The position numbers were made by a program, and so were the translations under genes. Positions 1 to 10,920 of a stretch of DNA of 64,000 bases are shown in pieces. Within the stretch, counting starts at the first letter, position 1; each line of letters opens with the position of its first letter. Source of the DNA: Novakomyces olei (taxonomy: Eukaryota); NCBI GenBank assembly GCA_016906335.1, contig JADEYG010000001.1, positions 1,612,001 through 1,676,000 on the forward strand, given 5' to 3'. Under the pieces are notes generated by a model. The model made no database searches, had not been told where the DNA came from, and saw only the letters and a program-made list of their open reading frames with translations.

Positions 1-801
1 AGCTCTGTGCTGGCGGACAAGTTGGCCCTTAAACTCGGCGATTATTGTGTAACTGAAGCAGGGTTTTCTTCCGAGATTGGACTGGAAAAGTTTTGCAACA
101 TTAAATGCCGGTCTAGCGGTCTCAACCCGGACTGTGCCGTCCTTGTTGCCACTGTCCAGGCACTCAAGATGCATGGCGCTGGTGATTTAGGTAATGGATG
201 TGCTAATATGGAGAGGCATATTGAAAACTGCCGTCGCTACAATATCCCTGTCGTTGTAGCAATAAACCGCTTTGCCACCGATACGGCAGAGGAAATTGCT
301 CTCATCCGTGAGCGAGCTGCTGCTGCTGGTGCAGACGCGGCAGTGCCTACTTTTCATTGGGCTCGTGGAGGCGCTGGCGCTCGTGATCTGGCTCAGGCTG
401 TTGTGCAGGCGAGCGAAAAGCCCAGCAAGTTTGAGTACCTCTACCCTCTCGATCTGCCGCTCAAGGATAAAATAGAAAAAATTGCGTGTGAAATGTACGG
501 TGCCCGGAGTGTGGAGTACGCACCACTCGCTCTGGACCGTATTGACCGGCTCACACGTCAGGGCTATGCTGGCCTGCCTGTCTGTATTGCTAAAACACAG
601 TACTCTTTGTCCGCCGACCCAGAGCTGAAGAATTCTCCACGCGACTTTGTCGTGCCCATCCGCGATGTACGTTTGTCCGCCGGCGCCGGGTTTGTTTACC
701 CTCTGACGGGTGCTATTCAAACGATCCCGGGTCTGCCTACTGCTCCGGCTTACTTGAACATCGACGTGGACGATGAGGGGAACGTTGTAGGCCTTTTCTG
801 A
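1..801 (+). CDS. Formate-tetrahydrofolate ligase domain (C-terminus of C1-THF synthase/FTHFS), 5' partial
   Basis: Motifs VTEAGF, EKFCNIKCR, PVVVAINRF, PVCIAKTQYSLS, AGAGF, PGLP and terminal GLF; the ORF is open from the window start. Confidence 0.95.
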   Translation, partial: SSVLADKLALKLGDYCVTEAGFSSEIGLEKFCNIKCRSSGLNPDCAVLVATVQALKMHGAGDLGNGCANMERHIENCRRYNIPVVVAINRFATDTAEEIALIRERAAAAGADAAVPTFHWARGGAGARDLAQAVVQASEKPSKFEYLYPLDLPLKDKIEKIACEMYGARSVEYAPLALDRIDRLTRQGYAGLPVCIAKTQYSLSADPELKNSPRDFVVPIRDVRLSAGAGFVYPLTGAIQTIPGLPTAPAYLNIDVDDEGNVVGLF

Positions 802-834
802 TTTGAACCAAACAGACAAAGATGGGGGGAGACA

Positions 835-950
835 ATGGGAAAAAAATAATGCAAAAAAAATAATGCAAAAAAAATAATGCAAAAGAAATAATGCAAAAGA
901 AATTATGCAAAAGGATTCTATGAAAAAAAAAATAATCGAAAAAAGAAAGC
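835..950 (+). repeat. Degenerate A-rich tandem repeat (AAAAATAATGC-like, about 5 copies) just 3' of FTHFS
   Basis: taatgcaaaa is repeated at 847-912. Confidence 0.8.
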
Positions 951-1374
951 AGGAGGCAATTTGCAAAAGCAAGGCAAATATTCGTCTCCTAATTTCGTCT
1001 TGCAATTCGTTTGCGTGGAGAACCCCCACGCTCGATTCAACCCGGTGTGCGCCATTACTGGTTTTGGCAACTTAACTTGCCTTGTATTTAGATTAGCTAG
1101 ATTGTGATATATAGAAGCAATATATCGATCATTAGACTTATTTGCCACAGCAGGTGCAGAGCTATCGCCAGGGTTTGGCGTTTACTAGTTCAAAGTGGAC
1201 GCTGGTCCTTGGTATACAAAGGCAAAAGAATATACAGTATGGCGGACAAAAGGCACTTTTAAACAAACAGCAATTATAAATAAAGCCAGTTGGTTGCCAC
1301 GCTATAGATCAACAGTGTACGTGAGAATGTGCAAGTGCTGTCGGTGAGTGCAAATATATATATACAGTCGACGC

Positions 1375-2323
1375 CTAGTCAAGCACACGTGGCGCACTCG
1401 TCCCTTCCTCAACGGCCAAGTGCGCCAGCGCATTTTGGCCGTGCAGTAAAAGCTCTTCTGATATTACGAGTGTTCGAGTTATCTGCTGCTCAATCTCTTG
1501 AGCGGCTTCCAGCAAACTTGGCGCCTCCTGGTCTTCCGCGTCTTCACTAAACTCGACAGACAGTGTCGCACGCGGCATTCCGGTACGAACTTGTTGCCTT
1601 AACCTTTTAATTTCCAACGTCTGTGCCCGCAGTTTCGACTCCAGCTCCTTGTTTATAGCCCGGAGCGAATCGTTCTCTAACCGTGCATCCAGCATCTTGG
1701 GTTAGCATCAACTCCTCTGCACATTTCCCTTTTTCCTTGTTTTATTTTATTTTCAGCTCATTTTCATTTTCTTCTTTTCTTTATTTTCTTTTTTTCTTTT
1801 TTTCTTTTTTTCTTTTTTTTTCTTTTTTTCTTTTCTCCCTTGTTTTTGTTTGTTTCAAATTTATTAATTTCAAACTTATTTAAAATCATCGTTCGCCTAC
1901 CCTCCTCTGGAAACGCGCAGTCTCCATATCATTCTCCGTATCGGCGTCGTCCGTCTCCGACCCGAGAGCGGTTGGAGACACCGGCGAGGCCGACGGAGAA
2001 GCCGACAGCTTCAGCACCTGCTTGACGGGAGTTGCGCGTGCCGCTGTGCTTTTCCCATTCACCTGTTTGGCTCCATTCGTCTGCTTGACTGGAGCAATAT
2101 TCTCAGTACGCCGAGAGTCCCCCCGTTTGCTTGCCAGACGCGGCAATTGCGCGTGCTTGCGTACCGTAACATTCGGGGAAAGCGTGTTGCGGACGCCATT
2201 GGCGCCGTTCCAGGCCGAATCCTGCGCCGGCGCAGGACTGCTCATGGCACTGTTTGACCGTAGTACGGAGACCGACATTTTACGGCTAATTTCTGGGCGT
2301 GGAGGGCACTCGCGGCCAGACAT
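1375..2323 (-). CDS. Uncharacterised fungal coiled-coil protein, 2 exons (2323-1901, 1695-1375)
   Basis: Donor GTAGGC at 1900, branch GCTAAC and AAG acceptor at 1696 join in frame (..QRR|MLDARLENDSLRAINKELE..). The N-terminus is S/P-rich and low complexity; the C-terminus is heptad-rich. Confidence 0.75.
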
Positions 2324-2527
2324 TGGTCACATGCCGGTCCGCTAAACTGCCGTCGAGATTTGTATAGTGTCTGGCTTTGGCGGAGGATTGTGTAATGATA
2401 CTGCCAACATTCACACACCCGCGCGTGCGTGTAACTGGGTTTTGTTGCAGCCCGTACGGGTTAGTTGCATGATGTAAATGTAGAAAAAAGTGAGGATATA
2501 GTGCGGTTTTCATACAATTTGAATTTG

Positions 2528-2632
2528 CAGTAATATACAAAATATACAATGTATATTATACAATAATATACAATAATATACAATAATATACAGTAATACA
2601 CAAGTATACGAATATACAAGTATACATATACA
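2528..2632. repeat. AT-rich 10-bp tandem repeat (CAATAATATA)n in a divergent promoter
   Basis: caataatata x3 exact at 2561-2590 plus degenerate flanking copies. Confidence 0.85.
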
Positions 2633-2675
2633 CTGCAAATATATTTGAACGATGGTCAATTGGCCAAAAGCAAGC

Positions 2676-3314
2676 ATGAATAGGCCGGTGCGGCTGTTGT
2701 GCCGCAGTGTCTCAACCAACACTACCGCAGAAACCCGCCGTTCACGGCTACTTGCTCGTATGGGCCGGTACGGTGAACGTTTTAGAAAGGTATACAATCT
2801 TTGGCTGTGGGTGGCTTTTAGCGTGTCTAACAAGGCCAGCAGCCGCTGTCGCACATTACATCCTTTTTATTTCTCCACGAGGTCACTGCGATAGTACCGA
2901 TACCCATTATTTTCGGGACTCTGCACGCGCTCGATTGGACGCCTCCAGCGTTATCGCCCTACTCGGCCGCCATTGCGCGTACGACAGATCGAGTGGTACG
3001 TGGCAATTATACGCGTACTAAACTACACTCATACTAAACGACAGAACGGGTTCCTGAATCGATACAATTTCCGCGAGCGCAGCGAACAGGACGTGAGCCG
3101 TATCGTGCTCGAGCTTCTTGCGAGCTATACTGTCGTAAAGGTTGCGTCATTAATCTTTTATACCCCACGACAGCCCTCGTTTATTTTTGCCTCCTGTACT
3201 AACCGTGCATAGATGCTGATGCCTGTGCGTATCGCTATCAGCTTATGGGGCGCGCCAATACTCGCCCGTCGGGTTCACGCTTTATCGGCATGGATGCGGC
3301 TCGTTAAACGGTAA
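2676..3314 (+). CDS. MRX11: Mitochondrial MRX11/FLILHELTA-family protein, 4 exons
   Basis: Manual splicing of three GT-AG introns gives MNRPVRLL..YGERFRK|QPLSHITSFLFLHEVTAIVP..ASYTVVK|MLMPVRIAISLWGAP. FLFLHEVTA matches the family signature, and the N-terminus is Arg-rich like a presequence. Confidence 0.85.
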
Positions 3315-4195
3315 AGGATTTCGCTATACATAGAGCAGAATTACAGTTATCAAGCTACACCGTCCGCCTGGCACACTCAAACTGCACCGGCCTTGCACGC
3401 TATTCAGTCGCCGTCGGGTGATATTGATCGGGTATTGCGGCAGCGACTGCTTAATGCAACGCTATAAAGACCACAATTACGTCTATAATCCTTGTAATTA
3501 TCCTCTCCCCCACACTCCAAATCTATCCCGCGAAATCGCGGGATAGAAAAATACCACGAATAATAGTCGTAGTGTGCATGTAATAAGTTTTCCCCACAAG
3601 AGTCAGCCATCCCGCGGATGAATGACAGACACGTCACAAACGGCAACGCTGCCGCGCGGAGAGTATAAGAACGAGTCAATAGGTCATTGCGGACGCCGTA
3701 TCGCCAAGGACTTGACCATTAATTCTGTGTCTGGTTTCATGCTGAAATATTACCGGCAGAGGAGAGGACGGGTTCAGTCACAATTGATCTGTTAAACACT
3801 GTCTTGCACTGAAAATAAAGAAGAAAAATTTGAATTTCAGACATTTGATAGTCAAGATCTCGAGTAGAGCTTTTCTTACTGCTCTAAGCTCTTTGACAAA
3901 ACCGTCGCTGTTGAATAATTCGTGATATCTGCCGGGACGGTCTCAGCAGTTCTTTAACTTGACAGTTTTTTAACTTGAACAGTCTCCTGACTTGAATAAT
4001 TTTGCTTCGAATTATTTGCTTGAACTTTCAGTAGCACTGCACTTCTTCATCCGCGAATTTGATCCTATTGTATCTGAATTTACTCGCATCTAGTTTGTTT
4101 ATCACTACTGAGCCGGGCCAGTGCATTACAAACCGGCCCCAATTGTTGGATCCGTCTTTACACACCCTCTTTTGTTCAGTCTCACCGTTACTGCA

Positions 4196-5383
4196 ATGAC
4201 AAACTCAAAGAGTGCGCATTTCGCCTCTGTGCAGGACATTGACATCAACGAATTTGAGCGTATTTGCGCACAAACGGTTGGCGCCAACGATTACGCGTTT
4301 GCCGAAAAGGTCGTACACAATATCCCTGTCTTCAATGGAACAAAGCTCGGATCTTTATTTGCCGACGAGCACACGCACACAAAAGTGCGTGCGGAACTGC
4401 ACCACTGTCTTCTTCGAGGACCCGGCTGCTTTGCCGTGAAAGGGCTCTATACTGATACGGCTTTGGTCGATCGTGTCTCGCAACGGTTCCGTTCCATGAT
4501 TGCAGATGAGACGCGCACCGGCCGTTCACGCGGAGACCATTTTGGTTCGAAATCGAGCAATGATCGGCTGTGGAACGCATTGCAAAAACTAGGCGAGTCT
4601 TATCCACAGGACTTTATTGCTTACTATGCGAACCCGCTGCTACAAAACATCGCTGAATCCTGGCTGGGTCCACAGTATCGATTGACCAGCCAGGTCAATA
4701 TTGTTAAACCCGGTGGGCAGGCACAAAAGCCGCATAGAGATTATCATTTAGGGTTTCAGTTGCCCTCTACAATTGCCCGATTTCCTCTCGCTATGCACGA
4801 AGCCAGTCAGCTCCTGACACTGCAGGGCGGAATTGCCCACTGCGATATGCCACTGGAGTCCGGGCCGACTATGCTGCTCCCTTTTTCCCAGCAGTATCGG
4901 CTGGGCTACCTGGCTTACACGGACCCTGCTTTCCGTGAGTACTTTGACAACCACTGGGTCTCGTTGCCAATGGAGAAGGGTGACGCTGTTTTCTTTTCCC
5001 CTGCACTATTTCACGGAGCCGGTACAAATAAATCTGTAAATATTGAACGGGAGGCCAACCTTGTACAAATCTCGTCTTGCATGGGGAAAGCTATGGAGAG
5101 TATTGATAGTAAAAAGTTACTGCTCAAATGCTATCCTGCTCTGCTGCAAGCAGTCGAGGATGCAGGCGAGGTTACAAATGAGCTATCTGCCTTTGTGGCT
5201 AATGTGGCTGAAGGATACCCTTTTCCTTCAAACCTAGACAAGACCCCACCTGCTGCTGATGGATCTCCACCGCCCAATGATCAAGAGTACGTCTTGGCAG
5301 CTTTAAAGCGAGGCGATTCGCCCGACGTTTTCGCTGAAGGGTTAGAGCAGTGCTACCGTAATCGAATGGCCGACAATGACTGA
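4196..5383 (+). CDS. Phytanoyl-CoA dioxygenase (PhyH)-family Fe(II)/2OG oxygenase, intronless
   Basis: HxD motif PHRDYHLGF, distal His in LFHGAG, and GPTMLLPFSQ. Confidence 0.9.
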   Translation: MTNSKSAHFASVQDIDINEFERICAQTVGANDYAFAEKVVHNIPVFNGTKLGSLFADEHTHTKVRAELHHCLLRGPGCFAVKGLYTDTALVDRVSQRFRSMIADETRTGRSRGDHFGSKSSNDRLWNALQKLGESYPQDFIAYYANPLLQNIAESWLGPQYRLTSQVNIVKPGGQAQKPHRDYHLGFQLPSTIARFPLAMHEASQLLTLQGGIAHCDMPLESGPTMLLPFSQQYRLGYLAYTDPAFREYFDNHWVSLPMEKGDAVFFSPALFHGAGTNKSVNIEREANLVQISSCMGKAMESIDSKKLLLKCYPALLQAVEDAGEVTNELSAFVANVAEGYPFPSNLDKTPPAADGSPPPNDQEYVLAALKRGDSPDVFAEGLEQCYRNRMADND

Positions 5384-5504
5384 CAAAATAGTGGATAAAT
5401 TTGAATTAAATGAAGACCATTGTAAAGTACGGGCAATTATGGATTAATTATTAATATGCTGATATAAACAACGACTTCTCATAGTATTTTAAAGATGTAT
5501 ACCA

Positions 5505-7273
5505 CTAATCAGTATTGAGCCTGTTCCCGGAAAGCGCTTGATCGCCCCATGCGGTCCAATTCGATGTGGTGACGCGTGCACAAACCTCCAAGCCTTGAAC
5601 GCGTTTGCCCAATAGTCTGTCGAAAATCTCATGTAAAGCTGGTTTGCGAGAATGCTAAAGATTAGTCTTTTTGTGTTTACATGATACGTACCACGTCGGG
5701 AACGGCAACGATCACACGTGGCTCTGGTGATACGATTGGGCTGTCGCCCACACCAATCAGTAATTGCTCGTATGGAACCCTGTTGCCCGAATCAAGCTGG
5801 AATATGGGTGCTCCATGCTCCGTGACCTTTTATTAGAATTTGCAAACAGACACGATATGAGTTATTTTTATTCAGAGACGAAAGGCAATTATGATGGCTA
5901 GACACGATTTGCATGATAATGCAAATCAAAAAACAAAAATAAATAATAGAAAATGATAATTATAGTCTTGGCAAGAGTCAAAGATAAAAAACAAAGGCGA
6001 ATAGGCCGGTGACAAGCAGTGCGACCGAAAGCTATATCAATGCCGTCTTGACCAATAATACATTGTGACCAATCCTACCTTGAGCCATAACCATCGTGTA
6101 TGTAAATGCAGACCCCACGCTGGGAATAGAACTTGTTCAACAAAGCGTTCTACGCAGGAGCTGTTTGTAATCCACACGGCTACAAGACCATTCTTGCGTA
6201 ACAAACGCGGCACTGGGATCTGTGGGAGCGCGTTTATCCGCATCGACTCGTAATCACCTTTATTTCTCGCGGAACGATTACGCCAAGCCGGGTCGAGAAG
6301 CACTACGTCATAGCCTCCAAGTCGATGAGCCAGGCTTTGAACAGCCCGGCCACTAGTGCGACAGTCCACGGGTCCAAGTACAACACTGGCTCCCATTGGA
6401 AGAAGGTATGTACTATTGCTAGACCGAATTCTAGATCCAGTTTCAGTTGTGATGTCCTCGTTTTGCTCAACGAATTCGCCATTACTGCTATCCGCAGTAT
6501 CAATGCGCTCATCCATATCGTGATCATTGATCAAGTTAGTTTCGTACGTAGGTTGGCGCTCTAGCGCCTGTTCTTCAACCATATACTCAATCCTGCAACG
6601 ACATGGACCAGGACCGCGAACTAGCAGCGCACGTGCATAGACATCTAATAGGGACAGAGCGCATATATCTTTTACCTAGACTATAGATCAGTGTCCATAA
6701 TTAACCAGTATCTTTTTTTTTTCTTTTTCTTTTTTTTCATAAATTTATAAATTTATAAATTTATTTATTTAATTATAAATTTATTTATTCATTATTTTAT
6801 TTGTATTGTTTTGGTCTGTCAAGTCAATTCAATTTTCCTACCTCTATTATCTCGTCTCCGCTTCCAGCACGAAACGCAAAGGCCGCCATTGCCCTTAGTG
6901 AAGGCTGCATTACCCTCATGGAGTCAGCCATTTTGTCGCACAAAGGCGAATCCTTGTTTGTTGCTACTCGTGCAAGGCAGTACGGGACCCCTCGAGCTTT
7001 CACTGCTTGATCTACCAGCGACAAAGCTTGGTGTATATTAGCGCCCCAGCGAGCGTAGAGCATATGTAAATGCTCAGTCTGAGGCATTGGATGGTTTTCA
7101 TCGCGCGGTTCCGCTAAAGCGTATGGCTGTTGTAATGGTGTACTCATCTGTAGAGCGGCATCAGGCCTTAGACTTTGTAAAGTATTGCCAATAACAAGCC
7201 CAGAAGCCTCTGCCATACTCCACGGAACATCGACAAGAAACACGGTACATGTCTCGTTTGTCCAAATGATCAT
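5505..7273 (-). CDS. MT-A70-family N6-adenine methyltransferase, METTL4-like, 4 exons
   Basis: VVLLDPAW.NRS, LVAVWITN, FPAWGL..WLWLKV|TEHGAP, PYEQLLIG, HSRKP and LEVCAR..WTAWGDQ were recovered after splicing three introns. Confidence 0.88.
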
Positions 7274-7337
7274 GATCGATCGTCAAACGACATATCGACC
7301 TTGTGGGCAGTGAATGATCTATGTATTTGATCTATCT

Positions 7338-7395
7338 AATCAAACCAAATCAAATCAAATCAAATCAAATCAATTAAATTAAATTAAATTAATTA
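7338..7395. repeat. Pentanucleotide microsatellite (CAAAT)n then (TAAAT)n in the METTL4/RPR2 divergent promoter
   Basis: Read directly from the sequence. Confidence 0.85.
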
Positions 7396-7532
7396 TAAAT
7401 TTAAACTAATATAAATTAATGAAACAATTATAAATTAATTAAACTAATTATCACATTTTATTTTTAATGTTTACAGATCAAATTTGTTATAAATATTTAT
7501 CGTATATATTTTACAGTGCTTATTCTGCAGAT

Positions 7533-7895
7533 ATGGCCCTGCTGTCGGCGAGTCAGAAACGCCTCTTGTTCTTGCACCAGGCAGCGGCTATTACTAGTGA
7601 AGGCAAAGGTCCAAAGTCTGTATTATCGTGCCATTACAATGAGTGTATGGCTAGCATTGCCAAGAAGACGGTACAGCATTTGGGGCCGAGTATAAAGAGC
7701 ACTGTTTGCCGTCGCTGTAAGGCAACCCTCCTATCAAATGAAACAAGCAGTGTCTTTGTAGAAAACTGTTCGCGCCGTGGGAAGCCACATGCTGATGTTT
7801 TTGTCATTCAATGCCGTCGCTGTGGAGCGCAAAAACGGTATCCTACAGTGAAGGAGCACAAGAAGCGTAATCGAGTGGAAGAATCTTTAAAATAG
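7533..7895 (+). CDS. RPR2: RNase P subunit Rpr2/Rpp21 family
   Basis: RLLFLHQAA, IAKKTVQHL..IKSTVCRRC and a second CxxC in CRRCGAQKRYP. Confidence 0.85.
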   Translation: MALLSASQKRLLFLHQAAAITSEGKGPKSVLSCHYNECMASIAKKTVQHLGPSIKSTVCRRCKATLLSNETSSVFVENCSRRGKPHADVFVIQCRRCGAQKRYPTVKEHKKRNRVEESLK

Positions 7896-8096
7896 GCCAA
7901 TAATCAATTTTTACAATATGGAACTGTCGCTTATTGCCAGTGATTGGAGATTGGTAGTACTGATGATGAGTCACAGAGTCCGGCTAGCGTGTACGCTGCA
8001 ATACTACAAAAGCCCTGGTTGGAGAGTCTACGAGCGAATAAAAGCTGGATGGCGTTGAATAAGAGTCTCAATTTATATTCAAGCTGCAAAATCTCC

Positions 8097-9365
8097 TTAC
8101 AATCCATCGGGAATGTACCGTTCAACGATTTTGAGTGATTCTCTGTCAATTTCCGCGATACTGCGCACACCAGCAACGTTCATGAGAATATCGAATTCGG
8201 CCAACAGCGATCGCAGCACGTGGCGTACACCTGTTTCTCCCTGAATACTAAGAGCCCAAACCCAAAGGCGGCCGATAAAAACGGCTTTAGCTCCAAGAGC
8301 TAAAGCCTTGAACACATCGCTCGCGCTACGTACTCCCGAATCGAAGAGAATGGTCCAGGAGGCAGAATTGCCTCCTGTTATGTCAACAATCTCGGCCAGC
8401 TGGTCCAGGGACCCAACTGCTCCATCGACTTGGCGGCCGGCATGGTTGCTTACTACGATACCATCTACACCATCAATTGCCTTTGCCCGAGCAGCGTCAT
8501 CAGGGTGCTGAATACCCTTTAGAAGGAAAGGACGGCCACCAGAGATTCGTTTCCATTGCTTGGCAACCCAAGGAATACGATCCCAGTCAAAGGATTTTCC
8601 GTGCCAGATACGGTCGATCCAGAATTCGCCTGCGGGCTTAACATGCTCTGGATTGTGCAGCGGATCGAGGCCACGTGCCTTGAGCATCTTTTGGAAAACC
8701 GGATCGCTAAAGCCGAGATCATTGCCGACGCCTCTGTAGAACGCGTAATTTGAGGTTTGCACATCGTGATGCCGCCACGCTAGTTGCCAAGTGTCCAGGG
8801 TCATAATGCACACGTCAAAGCCAGATTTGTGAGCGCGTTCCAGCAACGACAGGGCCAGGTCTTCTTCGTGGGGAAGGTACAATTGGAAGATGCGCGGGTG
8901 GCCTTCACCATTAGCTGCGCCCACGTCTTCAATGGGCGTTGATCCGGCAGTGGATAGAGAATAGGGGATGCCAAGTTCGCCTGCTACACGGGCCACTGGC
9001 AGTTCACCTTCATTGTTGTAAATCTTGTTTATCCCGATAGGCGCAATTCCAATAGGCGCATTAATCTTATGACCAAATAAGTCTATCGATAAGTCACGCT
9101 TCTGCGTATCCCGCAGCATGCGTGGGACTATTTTGTACCGGTAAAAGGCTTCACGGTTCGCCCTGTCGGTTAGTCCCAGGCCCGCGTTGCATTGCGCATA
9201 GTTCCATCCATTCTGTGTAAGTTGCTTGTGCGCCAGCTGCTCCAAGTCATCTGGGTGTGTCGAGAAGGGCGGAAAGTCTCCATCGCGAGCGCCACGGAGG
9301 AACAGTTCTTTTTGGTACGTCGAGAACCAGGGCGTATTGCGTTGAGGCAAGTTTGTCGTGTCCAT
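8097..9365 (-). CDS. FMN-dependent alpha-hydroxy acid oxidase, lactate 2-monooxygenase-like, intronless
   Basis: Motifs IFQLY, TLDT, LKGIQ, VSNHAGRQ (catalytic His/Arg), DSGVR and KALALGA..GR. Confidence 0.93.
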   Translation of the reverse strand: MDTTNLPQRNTPWFSTYQKELFLRGARDGDFPPFSTHPDDLEQLAHKQLTQNGWNYAQCNAGLGLTDRANREAFYRYKIVPRMLRDTQKRDLSIDLFGHKINAPIGIAPIGINKIYNNEGELPVARVAGELGIPYSLSTAGSTPIEDVGAANGEGHPRIFQLYLPHEEDLALSLLERAHKSGFDVCIMTLDTWQLAWRHHDVQTSNYAFYRGVGNDLGFSDPVFQKMLKARGLDPLHNPEHVKPAGEFWIDRIWHGKSFDWDRIPWVAKQWKRISGGRPFLLKGIQHPDDAARAKAIDGVDGIVVSNHAGRQVDGAVGSLDQLAEIVDITGGNSASWTILFDSGVRSASDVFKALALGAKAVFIGRLWVWALSIQGETGVRHVLRSLLAEFDILMNVAGVRSIAEIDRESLKIVERYIPDGL

Positions 9366-9966
9366 GTCTGCCTTGTGTGGGGTACAAGTGCGCCGTTGTA
9401 ATATTTATACCATTATAGTTTACTGTAATTTACTATCATGTACTAAAATTATATATACTATAGTTACTACTTTTCTGCGTAATTTCCGGCAAACCCCGGT
9501 TCCTTGACATCATATGATGCATACGAATAGGGTTATACAAGTGCGCAATGCCGACGATGTGACATAATCCATTCTTATATTTAGATTATCAGCCGACAGG
9601 ATACTCCTGGTATTACATAATGACAGTCTCTCAACACCAAGATTATGGTTGGATCGGAGCACAATACTCTACGAAATTAGAAGTTAATTTACACGTAAAG
9701 CACCTGGTGCTTATTTATTAATTTGCAAACCTAATTGCAAATATTAGTCTATGAACAGTGATTTAATTACTTTGACACAAACTTTAAAGTTCACAGCTAT
9801 ATCGGCAGAGCAGAATGCATTTAAACGCATAGTAGTATCTGCACACACTTTCTTATACACATCTTTAATGCCAGTTTTGTAAAAAGTTTGTAGAGACAGT
9901 CAACTTTGCACGAGCACAAATTTCGGTACTGCAAATGACACATTTTGGCCGTCATATACCTTTTGA

Positions 9967-9985
9967 TTAGGGTTAGTTAGGGTTA
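9967..9985. promoter_or_regulatory. Telobox doublet TTAGGGTTAG-TTAGGGTTA (candidate Tbf1/Teb1/Tay1 site)
   Basis: Lies in the divergent promoter between the hydroxy-acid oxidase and the CAP gene. Confidence 0.6.
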
Positions 9986-10116
9986 TTACTTTTCAGTACT
10001 AAATTTATAATCTAATTAATGTCAAACTTACTGATCGCCCAGAAAGGAAATTATGACCTGAACAAGAACAAAGAACTGCAAAATCAAACACAAAGCAAAC
10101 GACAATCAAATTAAAT

Positions 10117-10620
10117 ATGAAAGTTTTGTATTGTATTCTTTCTCTTACTACAGCTATTGTGGGCCGTGTTTCCGCAACCGACTTTGCCGACTCGATTCTA
10201 AACATACATAATGAATACCGCTCGCGCCATGGTGCAGTAGCCCTAACTTGGAGCGAAGTTCAAGCAGAAATGGCAGCCAAAGCTGCGGATTCCTGTATTT
10301 TTGCTCATTCTGGGTACGTTGGGTATGGCGAGAATTTGGCGGCCAGTACTGGATGGACGGATAACGCAGCCGCCGGCAGCACATACAGTTGGTGGTCCGA
10401 GATAGCAATGTACAACTGGGCAGACCCTGGTTTCAATATGAATACGGGGCATTTTACCCAGTTAGTTTGGAACAGTACTAATTCTGTGGGATGCGCTACT
10501 GCCCAGTGTGACGCACTTGGCCAGTTTGTCGTGTGCGAATATTTTCCGGCTGGAAATATAGTTAATGACGATTATTTCCAGGACAACGTTTTCCCCTGCC
10601 TTCACGACTGTAATGCGTGA
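10117..10620 (+). CDS. Secreted CAP/SCP/PR-1 (Pry-like) protein
   Basis: Signal peptide, HNEYRSRHG, GENLA, GHFTQLVW and VVCEYFPAGN. Confidence 0.93.
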   Translation: MKVLYCILSLTTAIVGRVSATDFADSILNIHNEYRSRHGAVALTWSEVQAEMAAKAADSCIFAHSGYVGYGENLAASTGWTDNAAAGSTYSWWSEIAMYNWADPGFNMNTGHFTQLVWNSTNSVGCATAQCDALGQFVVCEYFPAGNIVNDDYFQDNVFPCLHDCNA

Positions 10621-10920
10621 ACAATCCGGATTGGTTGATTTTGGTTTCGCCTGTACTTGCTTGTATTAGTTTGCATTTTGTTTGCTTAGGCCTTTAATTT
10701 CGACGTTTTCGCAGTTTCAATTGAATGCTGGCCACGAATACATCAACACAGCTTCGACATGAAGATTAACGCTGCAAATGAAGAGATAACGTTTTACATC
10801 AGATATCAGCATAATAATTCTCATAGTATTCACTACCATCGAAATGCCATTAGCCGTGATTTTGTGAGCAAACCAGCACATAATCCACAATTAAACCGCA
10901 TGTTAATGCTTATACCATCC

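Noticed and set aside
187-1029. Long antisense ORFs (187-1029, 35354-35884, 54244-55086 and similar)
   Set aside because: They are shadows of well-supported genes on the opposite strand, or run through low-complexity DNA.
5381-5398. Stop-codon readthrough producing a cryptic PTS1 on PhyH (TGA-C context)
   Set aside because: The extension would end QNSG*, which is not a PTS1.
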